The notes beneath the pieces are model-generated. The model was not told the DNA's origin and ran no database searches. It worked only from the letters and a program-made list of their open reading frames with translations. Shown here in pieces: positions 18,873 through 28,051 of a DNA stretch of 64,000 nt. Positions within the stretch are counted from its first letter, which is position 1, and each line of letters begins with the position of its first letter. This stretch comes from Candidatus Komeilibacteria bacterium S5_K13 (GTDB lineage: Bacteria; Patescibacteriota; Patescibacteriia; UBA1558; S5-K13): NCBI GenBank assembly GCA_019248485.1, contig JAEHGL010000001.1, forward strand, positions 11,446 through 75,445, in the 5' to 3' direction. The translations under genes were made by a program, and so were the position numbers.

Positions 18873-19655
18873 TTATAAGCTGTATCTTGTAAATTTTTCT
18901 ATTTCTACGCCTTCGCCAGCATTTTTTAACAGTTGTTCTATAGAAATCTTGTCATCCTTAATAAATACTTGCTTAATAAGACAATTCTCTTTGTAAAATT
19001 TTTCTACCTTTCCGTTTAATATATTTTCTATCATATTTTCTGGCTTACCTTCTACTTTCAATTGTTCTCTATAAATTTCTTTTTCTTTTTCAAGAATTTC
19101 AGCTGGAACATCTCCTGGGACAAAATACTGTGGGCTCATAGCAGTAATATGCATTGCGATTTCTTTTGCCAATTCTTTGCTTCCATTCTTTAGGCAAACT
19201 ACGGCTGCAATTTTTCTATTTGAGTGAATATAATAGTCTTGGGTATCACATTCAATAATATCACACTTTCCAAGCTGTAAATTTTCTCCAATTTTTACAA
19301 TAAGTTCATTCTTTATTTTGTCTGTTGCCCAAGTTTCAAACTCTTCTACAGAATTCATTTCTAATAATTTATCTGAAAATTCCTTTCCTGATGCAATAAA
19401 TCCATCGTTTCTTGCAACAAAATCTGTTTCGCAATTTAGAGAAACTACAGCGATTTTGTTATCTTTTTCTGAAATAGAAATAATACCCTCTTTTGCTGTT
19501 CTTGAAGATTTTTTGTCAGCCATTTTCTGACCTCTTTTTCTAAGCAATTCTACCGCCTCATCTAAATTACCATTTGCTTCTTGTAAAGCATTTTGGCAAT
19601 CCATTACACCGGCACCAGTCATATCTCTTAATTGTTTTATTTGTGATAAATCCAT
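18873..19655 (-). CDS. tsf: Elongation factor Ts.
   Basis: IKQLRDMTGAGVMDCQNAL UBA-like N-terminus plus the dimerisation domain. Confidence 0.85.
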   Translation of the reverse strand: MDLSQIKQLRDMTGAGVMDCQNALQEANGNLDEAVELLRKRGQKMADKKSSRTAKEGIISISEKDNKIAVVSLNCETDFVARNDGFIASGKEFSDKLLEMNSVEEFETWATDKIKNELIVKIGENLQLGKCDIIECDTQDYYIHSNRKIAAVVCLKNGSKELAKEIAMHITAMSPQYFVPGDVPAEILEKEKEIYREQLKVEGKPENMIENILNGKVEKFYKENCLIKQVFIKDDKISIEQLLKNAGEGVEIEKFTRYSL

Positions 19656-19792
19656 GTTTGTTTTTGTTAAAAATTATTTAAGTATAAAATTCTATAAAGC
19701 TTCTTCCGTGGGTGAAAAAAATTATTTAAGCTTAAAGTCAAAAAACATAAAGCATTTATAACTCTACAACTCTGTATTTTTTGACTAAGTTT

Positions 19793-20473
19793 CTATTTCT
19801 TTCCTTCTAATACAGCCTCACTTATTACAGAAGAAATTAATTTAAGTGTGTTTACAGAGTCATCATTTGCTGGAATAGGAAAGTCTACTAACTCTGGATT
19901 TACGTTTGTATCAGTAATAGCAATTATAGGGATTTTTTTCTTTCTTGCCTCTTCAATTGCTGTTTTGTCATCTTTTATATCAACTACAAAAATAGCTCCT
20001 GGAAGCTTGTCCATTTCTCTAATTCCTTCTACCATTTCTTTAAGCTTGATGATTTCTCTATCAATAATAAGCTTTTCTTTTTTTGTATTTTTATCATAAA
20101 CACCAGCTACTTTTTCCTCTTCTAGGGTTGTAAGTTTTTTTGGTAGTTTGTAGATATTATTGAAGTTTGTAAATGTTCCACCAAGCCAACGAGAAATTAC
20201 ATAAGGCATAGAACACTTTTCTGCAGCCTCTTTAACTATAGATTTTGCCTGTCTTTTTGTTCCAATAAACAAAATTTTGTTTCCATTTCCTACAGTCTTT
20301 TTTACAAAATTAACTGCAGATTCTAGACAAACGATTGTTTCTTCTAGATTAATAAGATGTGCGCCATCCTTAACACCAAAAATATATTTTTCCATTTTTG
20401 GATATCTTTTTGATTTTTTGTGTCCAAAATGTGCTCCACTCTTCAAAAGGTCTAATATTGATACTGTTTTCAT
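19793..20473 (-). CDS. rpsB: 30S ribosomal protein S2.
   Basis: LLKSGAHFGHKKSKRYPKM...WLGGTFTNF. Confidence 0.9.
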   Translation of the reverse strand: MKTVSILDLLKSGAHFGHKKSKRYPKMEKYIFGVKDGAHLINLEETIVCLESAVNFVKKTVGNGNKILFIGTKRQAKSIVKEAAEKCSMPYVISRWLGGTFTNFNNIYKLPKKLTTLEEEKVAGVYDKNTKKEKLIIDREIIKLKEMVEGIREMDKLPGAIFVVDIKDDKTAIEEARKKKIPIIAITDTNVNPELVDFPIPANDDSVNTLKLISSVISEAVLEGKK

Positions 20474-20683
20474 ATTTTACTCTTAAAATTAAATAAATAA
20501 ATAAACACTAATAAGGTCTAAATATATGCCTTAAAGTGTTTAAATATTATCATAATCACCAAAAAAAAGCAATGGCTGGGCTTCCACCTCCGGAGTGATA
20601 AATACCAAACTCGGTAAAATCTACTTAAATATACTCTTTTTAACTATTTCCACCTCCGGGGTGTAACAATGGTAAAAGTCTTG

Positions 20684-20712
20684 CCTTTTATTAAGTATTG
20701 TGCTAATATTTT
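20684..20712 (+). promoter_or_regulatory. Promoter-like TTGCCT -17- TGcTAATAT upstream of rpmE.
   Basis: Sequence spacing. About 25 nt to the ATG at 20739. Confidence 0.35.
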
Positions 20713-20738
20713 ACTCAGTTATTAATAAAATCATACAA

Positions 20739-21020
20739 ATGAAAAAAGAAATACATCCAAAATACTATAAAACAAAGGTTACTTGTACATGTGGCAATTC
20801 TTTTGAAATTGGCTCTACAGTAGAAGAACTATACATAGAACTATGTTCAAAATGTCATCCATTTTACACTGGTAAACAAAAACTTATCGATGATAGTGGC
20901 GTTATTAATAGATATCACAATAGATTAAAGAAAAATGAAGACGCATCAAAAACAAGAATTGGTAAAAAAGTAAAAAAAGCTACTGTAAAAGCAAAAAAGG
21001 TAAAAAAAGAGGAAAAATAA
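20739..21020 (+). CDS. rpmE: 50S ribosomal protein L31, with a Lys-rich C-terminal tail. The track ORF starts at a GTG at 20700; ATG at 20739 is preferred.
   Basis: MKKEIHPKYY...CTCGNSFEIGST...CSKCHPFYTGKQK. Confidence 0.85.
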   Translation: MKKEIHPKYYKTKVTCTCGNSFEIGSTVEELYIELCSKCHPFYTGKQKLIDDSGVINRYHNRLKKNEDASKTRIGKKVKKATVKAKKVKKEEK

Positions 21021-21036
21021 CATAAGAATATAAAAA

Positions 21037-21068
21037 AACACCCTAAAATTCTTTTTGGTGTTTTTTTA
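21037..21068 (+). terminator. Intrinsic terminator after rpmE.
   Basis: AACACC...GGTGTT stem plus TTTTTTT. Confidence 0.6.
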
Positions 21069-21089
21069 TTTAATAGACAAATTTCAAAT

Positions 21090-21165
21090 AACACCTGCCT
21101 GCTCATTCGAGTCTGAGCTTGAAAGCTCAGCTCTCAGAGTCGAAGACCGGAAGGCAGGAATATCA
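21090..21165 (+). promoter_or_regulatory. GC-rich structured element upstream of prfA (nested hairpins with a GAAA loop).
   Basis: ACCTGCCTGC...TTCGAGTCTGAGCTTGAAAGCTCAGCTCTCAGAGTCGAA...GGCAGG. Nested inverted repeats. Confidence 0.4.
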
Positions 21166-21227
21166 AAGAAATTCCAAGTCTCAATAACCGAAAATTTGAA
21201 ATTGGATCTTGATTATTATCTAGTAAT

Positions 21228-21256
21228 TGATTATTGATCATTGATTATTTATAATA
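21228..21256 (+). promoter_or_regulatory. TTGATT -16- TATAAT promoter that places the TSS at or near the prfA ATG, so the mRNA is leaderless.
   Basis: Three ATTGATTATT direct repeats span the -35/-10 region. TATAAT lies at 21250-21255. Confidence 0.4.
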
Positions 21257-21261
21257 AATAT

Positions 21262-22317
21262 ATGATTCTAGAAAACAAAATAATTGAACTAAAATCTAAG
21301 TCAGAAGAGTTAGAAGAGAAAATGAAAGATCCTCTTATTTTTAATGATAGCCAAAAACTAAAACCACTTTCAAAAGAATACTCTGAGGTCAATAAAATAC
21401 TTGAAAATATTTCAATACTTGAATCACTAGAAAAACAACTTAGAGAATGTGAAGAAGCGCTCAAATCTCAAGATCTAGAATTAATAGAAATGGCAAACAT
21501 AGAAAAATTAGAGCTTGATATAAAAATCAAATCTCTTACGCTTGAAATAGAAGAAATGATAAATCCATCTTCTCCATATGACAAAAAAAGCGCAATTCTA
21601 GAAATTCGTGCTGGAACGGGTGGAGATGAGTCAGCTCTATTTGCAGGAGACTTATTCAAGATGTACTCAAGATACTGCGAAACAAGGGGGTGGAAAATTG
21701 GAATAATTAGCGAAAATAGAACCGAACTAAACGGATTTAAAGAAATAATATTTGAAGTAAATGGCGATAATGTTTTTGGAATACTAAAATATGAAAGCGG
21801 AACACATCGCGTGCAAAGGGTTCCTGAAACAGAAAAAGCAGGAAGAATTCATACCTCTGCAGCAACTGTCGCTGTAATGCCTGAAGCAGAAGATCTGGAC
21901 GTAAAAATTGAAGAAAAAGATTTGCGCATTGATACATTTTGTTCAAGCGGTGCTGGTGGTCAATCAGTAAATACGACTTACTCAGCGGTTCGTATTACTC
22001 ATATTCCATCAGGACTTATTGTTTCGTGCCAAGATGAAAGATCTCAAGGACAAAACAGAGAAAAAGCAATGCAAATCTTGAAATCTCGTATCCTTGCAAT
22101 GGAAGAAGAAAAAAGACAAGCAATTCTTGATAAAGATAGAAAAAACCAAGTAGGAAGTGGTGATAGATCTGAAAAAATAAGAACCTATAACTATCCTCAA
22201 AACAGAGTCACGGATCATAGAATAAATCTTACTTCACATAATTTAGAAGGATTTCTAAATGGTGATATTGAAGAATTCTTGATTAAACTAAAAGAATACT
22301 ATAGAAATGAAAATTAA
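21262..22317 (+). CDS. prfA: Peptide chain release factor 1.
   Basis: GGQ motif ([11 protein letters not shown]), PxT-type region and RF-1 domain order. ATG at 21262 (the track start at 21241 is a TTG). Confidence 0.85.
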   Translation: MILENKIIELKSKSEELEEKMKDPLIFNDSQKLKPLSKEYSEVNKILENISILESLEKQLRECEEALKSQDLELIEMANIEKLELDIKIKSLTLEIEEMINPSSPYDKKSAILEIRAGTGGDESALFAGDLFKMYSRYCETRGWKIGIISENRTELNGFKEIIFEVNGDNVFGILKYESGTHRVQRVPETEKAGRIHTSAATVAVMPEAEDLDVKIEEKDLRIDTFCSSGAGGQSVNTTYSAVRITHIPSGLIVSCQDERSQGQNREKAMQILKSRILAMEEEKRQAILDKDRKNQVGSGDRSEKIRTYNYPQNRVTDHRINLTSHNLEGFLNGDIEEFLIKLKEYYRNEN

Positions 22318-23134
22318 AGACGCCCTACTTACGGGATTTCAATTCTTGAAAGAGCATAATATTGATTCATATTTCTTGGATACTGAATTAATTCTTTGTT
22401 TTACTATAAAAAAGAAAAAGGAATGGGTCTTGTCAAACTCTGACTTTGAGCTGTCTGTAAATCAAGTTAAAAGATTTAAAAAACTAATTCTAAAAAGATC
22501 CAAAAATTACCCAATAGCCTACATTACAGGATATAAATATTTTTTTGGACTTAAGCTTAAAGTAAATAAGCACGTTCTTATTCCAAGACCTGAAACTGAA
22601 TTATTAGTAGAATCGACCCTCAAGGTCGCCGACCCTCAGGGTCAAATTTTAGACATTGGAACAGGATCTGGAGCTATTGCGGTATCTTTGGCTAAAAATT
22701 TAGAAAACGCCAAAATAATAGCAAGTGATAACTCCTCTTTTGCTCTAAGTATGGCAAGGAAAAATGCAAGGACTTATAAGTTAAATAAAAAAATAAAGTT
22801 TGTAAAAAGCGATTTACTAGAAAAATTCAAAAACCTTAAAATTAACATTATTATCGCAAACTTACCTTATGTAAAAAATGATTGGGATCATGCATCTATC
22901 AAACATGAACCTCATAGCGCACTATATTCTGGGAAATCTGGACTTGTTCATTATTTTAAGCTATTAAAACAAATAAAAAAATACAATATAAATCCTAAAT
23001 ATCTAATTATAGAAATTAGCCCTGAGCAAGTTGAAATTATTTCAAAAAAAACGAAAGAATTGTTTGTAAATGCAAATATTGAAATAAAAAAAGATCTTGC
23101 AGGCTTAGATAGGGTCATAATAATAAAGTTTTAA
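22307..23134 (+). CDS. prmC: Release-factor glutamine N5-methyltransferase PrmC/HemK.
   Basis: [14 protein letters not shown] motif and NLPY catalytic motif. Overlaps the prfA stop. Confidence 0.8.
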   Translation: MKIKDALLTGFQFLKEHNIDSYFLDTELILCFTIKKKKEWVLSNSDFELSVNQVKRFKKLILKRSKNYPIAYITGYKYFFGLKLKVNKHVLIPRPETELLVESTLKVADPQGQILDIGTGSGAIAVSLAKNLENAKIIASDNSSFALSMARKNARTYKLNKKIKFVKSDLLEKFKNLKINIIIANLPYVKNDWDHASIKHEPHSALYSGKSGLVHYFKLLKQIKKYNINPKYLIIEISPEQVEIISKKTKELFVNANIEIKKDLAGLDRVIIIKF

Positions 23135-23150
23135 TAATATAGCTAAAAAA

Positions 23151-23178
23151 ATCTTCACAAATTTTGTGAGGATTTTTT
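23151..23178. terminator. Bidirectional terminator between prmC (+) and tmk (-).
   Basis: 9-bp stem ATCTTCACA/TGTGAGGAT with T-runs on both sides. Confidence 0.6.
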
Positions 23179-23196
23179 GTTTCGTTGTTTATAAAT

Positions 23197-23889
23197 TTAA
23201 GATATTTTCTTTTCAACCTCTTTAATAATGAGATCTGATATAGTTTCTCTAGATAAAATAGCCCCGTCTTCAACACAATTTATTGTAATCCATTCGCTAC
23301 CCTGTGATAATTGTTTATATACTTTATAAGATAGTTCCAAAAACTCCTTATTATTTTCATGAAGATCTCTTTTAGATCCACCAACATAATCCCTATTCCC
23401 CTTTTGATCTACCAAAAACTGCCCAATTACTGGCGGAACGTCTAATAAAAGATATAAGTCGGCCCTTGGTATTCCAAAAATATTGTATTCCAGATCTTCC
23501 AACCAATCAAAAAATTCTTGACGTTCTTTATAATCCTTTATCTTAGCACCTTGATAGCCGGCATTAGAAGATACATATCTATTTGATATAACAATTTTAC
23601 CAGAATTTATTGCCTCAATCATTTTACCCTTAACAGCAAAACGATCTACTGCATAAAAAGCAGATGCAGCACGAGGTCCAACATCATCAATCCCACCAAA
23701 ACGACCATTAAGATAATCTTCTACCATTGTACAAGATCTCTCTCCATATCTTGGAAAATCAAAAATTTCCACCCCAAATCCTCGATCTTCTAAGTTTTTT
23801 TTCAAAAGGTCTTGTTGAGTTTTTTTGCCACCACCATCGGTACCTTCAATTACAATAAAAATTCCTTTTTTCATTTTGCTTTCCTTCAT
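23197..23889 (-). CDS. tmk: Thymidylate kinase.
   Basis: GIFIVIEGTDGGGKKTQ P-loop plus DRY-like and lid regions. Confidence 0.8.
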   Translation of the reverse strand: MKESKMKKGIFIVIEGTDGGGKKTQQDLLKKNLEDRGFGVEIFDFPRYGERSCTMVEDYLNGRFGGIDDVGPRAASAFYAVDRFAVKGKMIEAINSGKIVISNRYVSSNAGYQGAKIKDYKERQEFFDWLEDLEYNIFGIPRADLYLLLDVPPVIGQFLVDQKGNRDYVGGSKRDLHENNKEFLELSYKVYKQLSQGSEWITINCVEDGAILSRETISDLIIKEVEKKIS

Positions 23890-23901
23890 TTATTTTAATA
23901 T

Positions 23902-24096
23902 TTATTCTTTATCTTCTTTATTGTCTATATTCTCTTCATTTTTAATATCTTGCGCGCTAGCCCAAATATCAGAAAACTCAAAAGATGTAGCATCATTTGT
24001 CTTTAGACTTTCATAAAAAAGGTCTAATCTCTTTCTCTGCTCTTCTGTAATACTATCCTCTCTTTTTATTGTTTTTGGTGTTTGATCTGAGTCCAT
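23902..24096 (-). CDS. Small acidic hypothetical protein (64 aa).
   Basis: ORF only. Confidence 0.3.
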   Translation of the reverse strand: MDSDQTPKTIKREDSITEEQRKRLDLFYESLKTNDATSFEFSDIWASAQDIKNEENIDNKEDKE

Positions 24097-24104
24097 ATAT
24101 TATA

Positions 24105-24356
24105 TTATTTAATTAATATTCCATCTTCTATTCGTTGTCTAAATTCTGCCTTAATAACTTCTATTTCTTCTGGTGTTTTACCCTTTATTCTATTTTGCCA
24201 CTCATCCCATGCCCTTTTAGAATCTGGATTAGTTGGAATATCTTGCTCATCAAAAGGTTTTCCAAGGTTATCTAAAAATTTAAGAGTTTCTTTATCTAAT
24301 TCTTCATCTAATTCTTTTTTTTGAGAAACATTGTTTAATCCGTTTTCAATGCTCAT
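24105..24356 (-). CDS. Small hypothetical protein (83 aa).
   Basis: ORF only. Confidence 0.3.
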   Translation of the reverse strand: MSIENGLNNVSQKKELDEELDKETLKFLDNLGKPFDEQDIPTNPDSKRAWDEWQNRIKGKTPEEIEVIKAEFRQRIEDGILIK

Positions 24357-24416
24357 ACTTTTAATTTTTATTATTAATTAAACTATTAACTATTATACTA
24401 TTAAACAATTATCATA

Positions 24417-25715
24417 TTAGTCAATTTTTTCTGTTATATCCTGCGTTCCTCTTCTTATATCCCAATTATCACGACTCATGTCTGATTGCAATTTAAGCTC
24501 TGGGAATATTTTCATAATCTCATTGCTCATTTTGTGCGCAATTTTTCTAAGTGTTGGATGAACCGTTGTGCCAGATCTAAGCTCTATTACATAACATGCC
24601 CCTGGAAGACCATAGGACACGCGACAGGCAACATTAAATCCAAGAGATATATAATATTGTCTTTCATCCTCGCTTATCTCTAGTTTATTTATACGATTTA
24701 TTTGAGTTTTTATCAAGTCCTCTGCCTGAACTTTCAAATCTTCTGGTAATTGTGACAAATACCAATCATTAAAACCATGATTTATTGTAAGAAGTGGCAT
24801 TCGACAAACTCCATTTCTATGTCTTTGCAAGTCTCTAAAAGACCCAAAATCAAGTAAAAAATCAAATCTTACTATGCCTAGCTCTGCTAAAAATTGTGGA
24901 AATCCTGTTTTACTAGACCTCTTATCAAACAAGTCTTTATATTTTATGAGCTCATCATGTTTTATATCAGTATAAAATGAAAAATTATTTTCTATTTTTT
25001 CCCCATTATAATAACCGTATTCTTTCATTAAATATTCTCTATAGTTTTCTTGATTTTCAAATAATTCATTACTAAAACTATGTGAATATTTTTCTTTTAG
25101 ATTATTCCAAATGCCATCTGAAATTTCTCTAACCTCTTTAAGTGGCCAGTGGCGCATTAGAGAAAGCTTATCAGATGCTTGACGTAAATTGCTATGCCAT
25201 GAAAGCTGAGTTGTAATTCCTGCAGGCAAAAATCCCCTCATTATATCAAAGCACCTTGCGTTAACTGCTTTTTGATAAATTATTTCATCCTCGTTTTCTT
25301 TTTTTGGATAAAGCCCTCTAATATACTCTTTTAATCTTTCTTGACTTCCAATATAAAAATCCATCCAGCTTTTCAAAATTACTTTTGACTCTTCACTTTC
25401 AAGTGGATCTATAATTTCCTGTTTAGACATATCAATATAACGAGTGCTTGTTTCTTGACCACTGTAAAGTGGCCAGTCTTGAATAGCTTTGTCAGCCAAT
25501 ATACTAAGTTTCTCTATAAAAATAGTTGTGCTTCCACAATCAGCAATGCTTGAATGACCATAGCCAAGATAAAAAGTCTCCATAAACTTTCCTGATCCAG
25601 ATTTTCTTACTTTTTCAACATGATCTACAACGCTACTTGCACTTCTTGAATAAAGCGCTTGAAGCATTGCGTTGTCTTCTGGATTAAACTCATCAAAAAC
25701 AAATATTTTGGCCAT
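24417..25715 (-). CDS. thyX: Flavin-dependent thymidylate synthase ThyX, tandem (pseudo-dimeric) form.
   Basis: The N-terminal LQALYSRSASS resembles the ThyX N-terminal helix. The first half lacks RHR (WPLYSGQETSTRY sits in its place). The second half keeps the RHR motif (FRDLQRHRNG). Located in a dTMP-pathway cluster. Confidence 0.6.
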   Translation of the reverse strand: MAKIFVFDEFNPEDNAMLQALYSRSASSVVDHVEKVRKSGSGKFMETFYLGYGHSSIADCGSTTIFIEKLSILADKAIQDWPLYSGQETSTRYIDMSKQEIIDPLESEESKVILKSWMDFYIGSQERLKEYIRGLYPKKENEDEIIYQKAVNARCFDIMRGFLPAGITTQLSWHSNLRQASDKLSLMRHWPLKEVREISDGIWNNLKEKYSHSFSNELFENQENYREYLMKEYGYYNGEKIENNFSFYTDIKHDELIKYKDLFDKRSSKTGFPQFLAELGIVRFDFLLDFGSFRDLQRHRNGVCRMPLLTINHGFNDWYLSQLPEDLKVQAEDLIKTQINRINKLEISEDERQYYISLGFNVACRVSYGLPGACYVIELRSGTTVHPTLRKIAHKMSNEIMKIFPELKLQSDMSRDNWDIRRGTQDITEKID

Positions 25716-25779
25716 ACGTTTAGTTGTTAGTATTTAGATTTTAGTATTTAGCTAATTACTGAAAACTGAAAGCTGACAG

Positions 25780-26211
25780 CTAACTGCCTGTGCTTCCCCA
25801 TTTTCCTAATCCCCTATCTGTCTCGTTTAAATTTTCAACTTCTATAAGCTCAGCCTGTATAATCGGCTGTATTAAAATCTGAGCTATTTTATTTCCTTTT
25901 TTTATTTCACAAGCATATTCCCCTAAGTTGATAATACAAACCATATATTCTCCTCTATAATTTGAATCAATTACTCCTCCCAAAACCTTCAGACCATACT
26001 TAGAAGAAAGTCCACTTTTATCCCAAATTAAAGCGCAATAACCATTTGGTATCTCTGTCGCAAAACCAAGTGGAAAAACATGCCTCTCGCCAGAATTTAT
26101 TACAACATCATCCAAAGAAAATACATCCATTCCAGCATCTCCATTCAAAGCATACGATGGTAAAATGACATCTTCTCTAAGTTTTTTAATTTTTATACTC
26201 ACGTTGCTCAT
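25780..26211 (-). CDS. dut: dUTP diphosphatase.
   Basis: LNGDAGMDVF plus GLSSKYG and RGxxGxGS-type C-terminal motifs. Confidence 0.85.
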   Translation of the reverse strand: MSNVSIKIKKLREDVILPSYALNGDAGMDVFSLDDVVINSGERHVFPLGFATEIPNGYCALIWDKSGLSSKYGLKVLGGVIDSNYRGEYMVCIINLGEYACEIKKGNKIAQILIQPIIQAELIEVENLNETDRGLGKWGSTGS

Positions 26212-26790
26212 TTATTTAAAAATTTTATTATATATCTTTTCCAAGCCATCTCTTAACTCTTTAACGTTTGTTTCATTTACTAGCGTATAATCGGCCATCG
26301 CTATTGGTCCTGCTTTTGCAATGTTTTCAATTTCAGCATAATCACGACTTTTTGCCTCAAGTGGCGAGAAAGAACGATATTTCATTTGAGGATCTGACTC
26401 ATACCTACTTACTCTATCATCTAATCTCTTGTATCTTGTCTCAGGGCTCGCATAGACAGCTATAATTATTAGATTATCACCATATTTTTCTTTTAATATC
26501 TTATATTCATCCCAGCTATAAAGTCCATCTCCAATAACATTTCCAAACTCTAGTAATTCATCAAATTTTGGAATATTTAGAATTGCAAAAGCGCCTTGTC
26601 CATGAATTTTTCTAAATTCTTCACGAATTGGCCTTTCGTTTTCTTCTTTTGGTTCAAGTCCACGACGAGCTACTTCATCAAGTGTGATTTGACCAAAACG
26701 AACATAAGAAAAACCTTTGGATACAAAAAAATCCGACACTTCACTTTTGCCAGATCCGCACATTCCTACAATGCATATCAATTTATTCAT
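26212..26790 (-). CDS. P-loop nucleoside/nucleotide kinase (putative dNMP kinase).
   Basis: Walker A CIVGMCGSGKSE. Shares a YASPETRYKRLDDRV motif with its neighbour paralog. Confidence 0.5.
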   Translation of the reverse strand: MNKLICIVGMCGSGKSEVSDFFVSKGFSYVRFGQITLDEVARRGLEPKEENERPIREEFRKIHGQGAFAILNIPKFDELLEFGNVIGDGLYSWDEYKILKEKYGDNLIIIAVYASPETRYKRLDDRVSRYESDPQMKYRSFSPLEAKSRDYAEIENIAKAGPIAMADYTLVNETNVKELRDGLEKIYNKIFK

Positions 26791-26824
26791 AAGCTTATTT
26801 TAATTTAAATTCTTGTAATATTTC

Positions 26825-27388
26825 TTAATCCAATTCTCTTATTTTCTCTTGAATATACCTTTCTATTTTCTCTATTAGTTCTTCCGGTGTTCCATTATTA
26901 TCTATTTTTATGTCAGCTTGTTCTGATACTTCTTGTAATTGAATTTCACATTCATTTTCTTGAGACTTTTGAAATTCTTCATAAGAAATCTTGTCTTCAC
27001 CTATATTCTCAACTCTATCTAAAAGCCTTTTATATCTTAATTCAGGATCTGCATAAATATGAACTAAATAAAAATTAGGCAGTTTTTTCAAATATTCAAT
27101 ATCTTCTTTAAGTCTTATTCCATCTACTACGACAACTTCTCCTGCATCTTTAGATACATCCCCTGCTATAACCTTTGCGAGAGCATCTTGGCCAAATTTT
27201 TCTCTAATCAAAGTCGAGATGTCTTGCAAATTTTCTCTTGTTTTATCTATTTCTAATCTATTTAAAAGATCTCTCAAAATATCAGAAAATCTATGAGATT
27301 TTGCTCCATATTTATCCTCAATATATTTTACTGCAGTTCCCTTGCCAGATGCAATCTCTCCTACAAAACCAAAAATAATTTTGCCCAT
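26825..27388 (-). CDS. P-loop nucleoside/nucleotide kinase, paralog of the previous gene.
   Basis: Walker A GFVGEIASGKGT and YADPELRYKRLLDRV motif. Confidence 0.5.
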   Translation of the reverse strand: MGKIIFGFVGEIASGKGTAVKYIEDKYGAKSHRFSDILRDLLNRLEIDKTRENLQDISTLIREKFGQDALAKVIAGDVSKDAGEVVVVDGIRLKEDIEYLKKLPNFYLVHIYADPELRYKRLLDRVENIGEDKISYEEFQKSQENECEIQLQEVSEQADIKIDNNGTPEELIEKIERYIQEKIRELD

Positions 27389-27403
27389 TTCTTTAATATT
27401 TAC

Positions 27404-27964
27404 TTAATCAAACTTTGGAATATTATCTCCCCAAATTTCCTCTAAATATTTTTTACCATTTATATTATGGCAATCTATATCTGGTCTAGATAACAATAGT
27501 CTTGTAATTGCTTCATTGGTAACAGAATTTGTCATAGAATTCTCATTGTGATCAGTCTTGCTTTCAACAACAAAATTTTTATAAATAATATGCTTTATAC
27601 CGGATTGAATTATGTGTTTTAAACAATTCTCACAAGGAGCATAAAGGCTATACAAAATACAATCCTCTAGATCTCTCCTAGAAAAAAGGATGGCATTCAT
27701 TTCAGCATGAATAATTAAATGATACTTTATTGGACGTTCATATGACATAATAGATTCATCACAATTACCAACAAAACCATTATAACCAAAAGATATAGGC
27801 CTATGTTTACTATCCACTATAACAGCACCTGTTTTTGTTGAAGGATCTTTTGATCTTTTTGCCACTTCTTCTGTAATATTTATAAAATATTCATCCCAAG
27901 TTGGTCTATCGTATTTTTTTTCTTCCATATGTTTAATTTTTAAGCTATGAATACACATAGCCAA
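27404..27964 (-). CDS. dCMP deaminase (ComEB-like).
   Basis: HAEMNAI...YAPCENC zinc-binding CDA motifs. Confidence 0.8.
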   Translation of the reverse strand: MAMCIHSLKIKHMEEKKYDRPTWDEYFINITEEVAKRSKDPSTKTGAVIVDSKHRPISFGYNGFVGNCDESIMSYERPIKYHLIIHAEMNAILFSRRDLEDCILYSLYAPCENCLKHIIQSGIKHIIYKNFVVESKTDHNENSMTNSVTNEAITRLLLSRPDIDCHNINGKKYLEEIWGDNIPKFD

Positions 27965-28051
27965 TTAATTAATAGCTTTAACAATTTTATCAATAATTTG
28001 GAACAATGGCAAACAAAAAAGGAGTTATATCAATAACTCCCATTAATTATT

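Noticed and set aside
25716-25779. TAGTATTTAG / CTAAAT-rich direct repeats upstream of thyX, rplK (31296-31340) and recJ (16800-16860), considered as a possible CRISPR array or repeat element.
   Set aside because: The units are about 10 nt, irregular, AT-rich and confined to 5' leaders. They are more likely SD-independent leader or promoter composition than an array.
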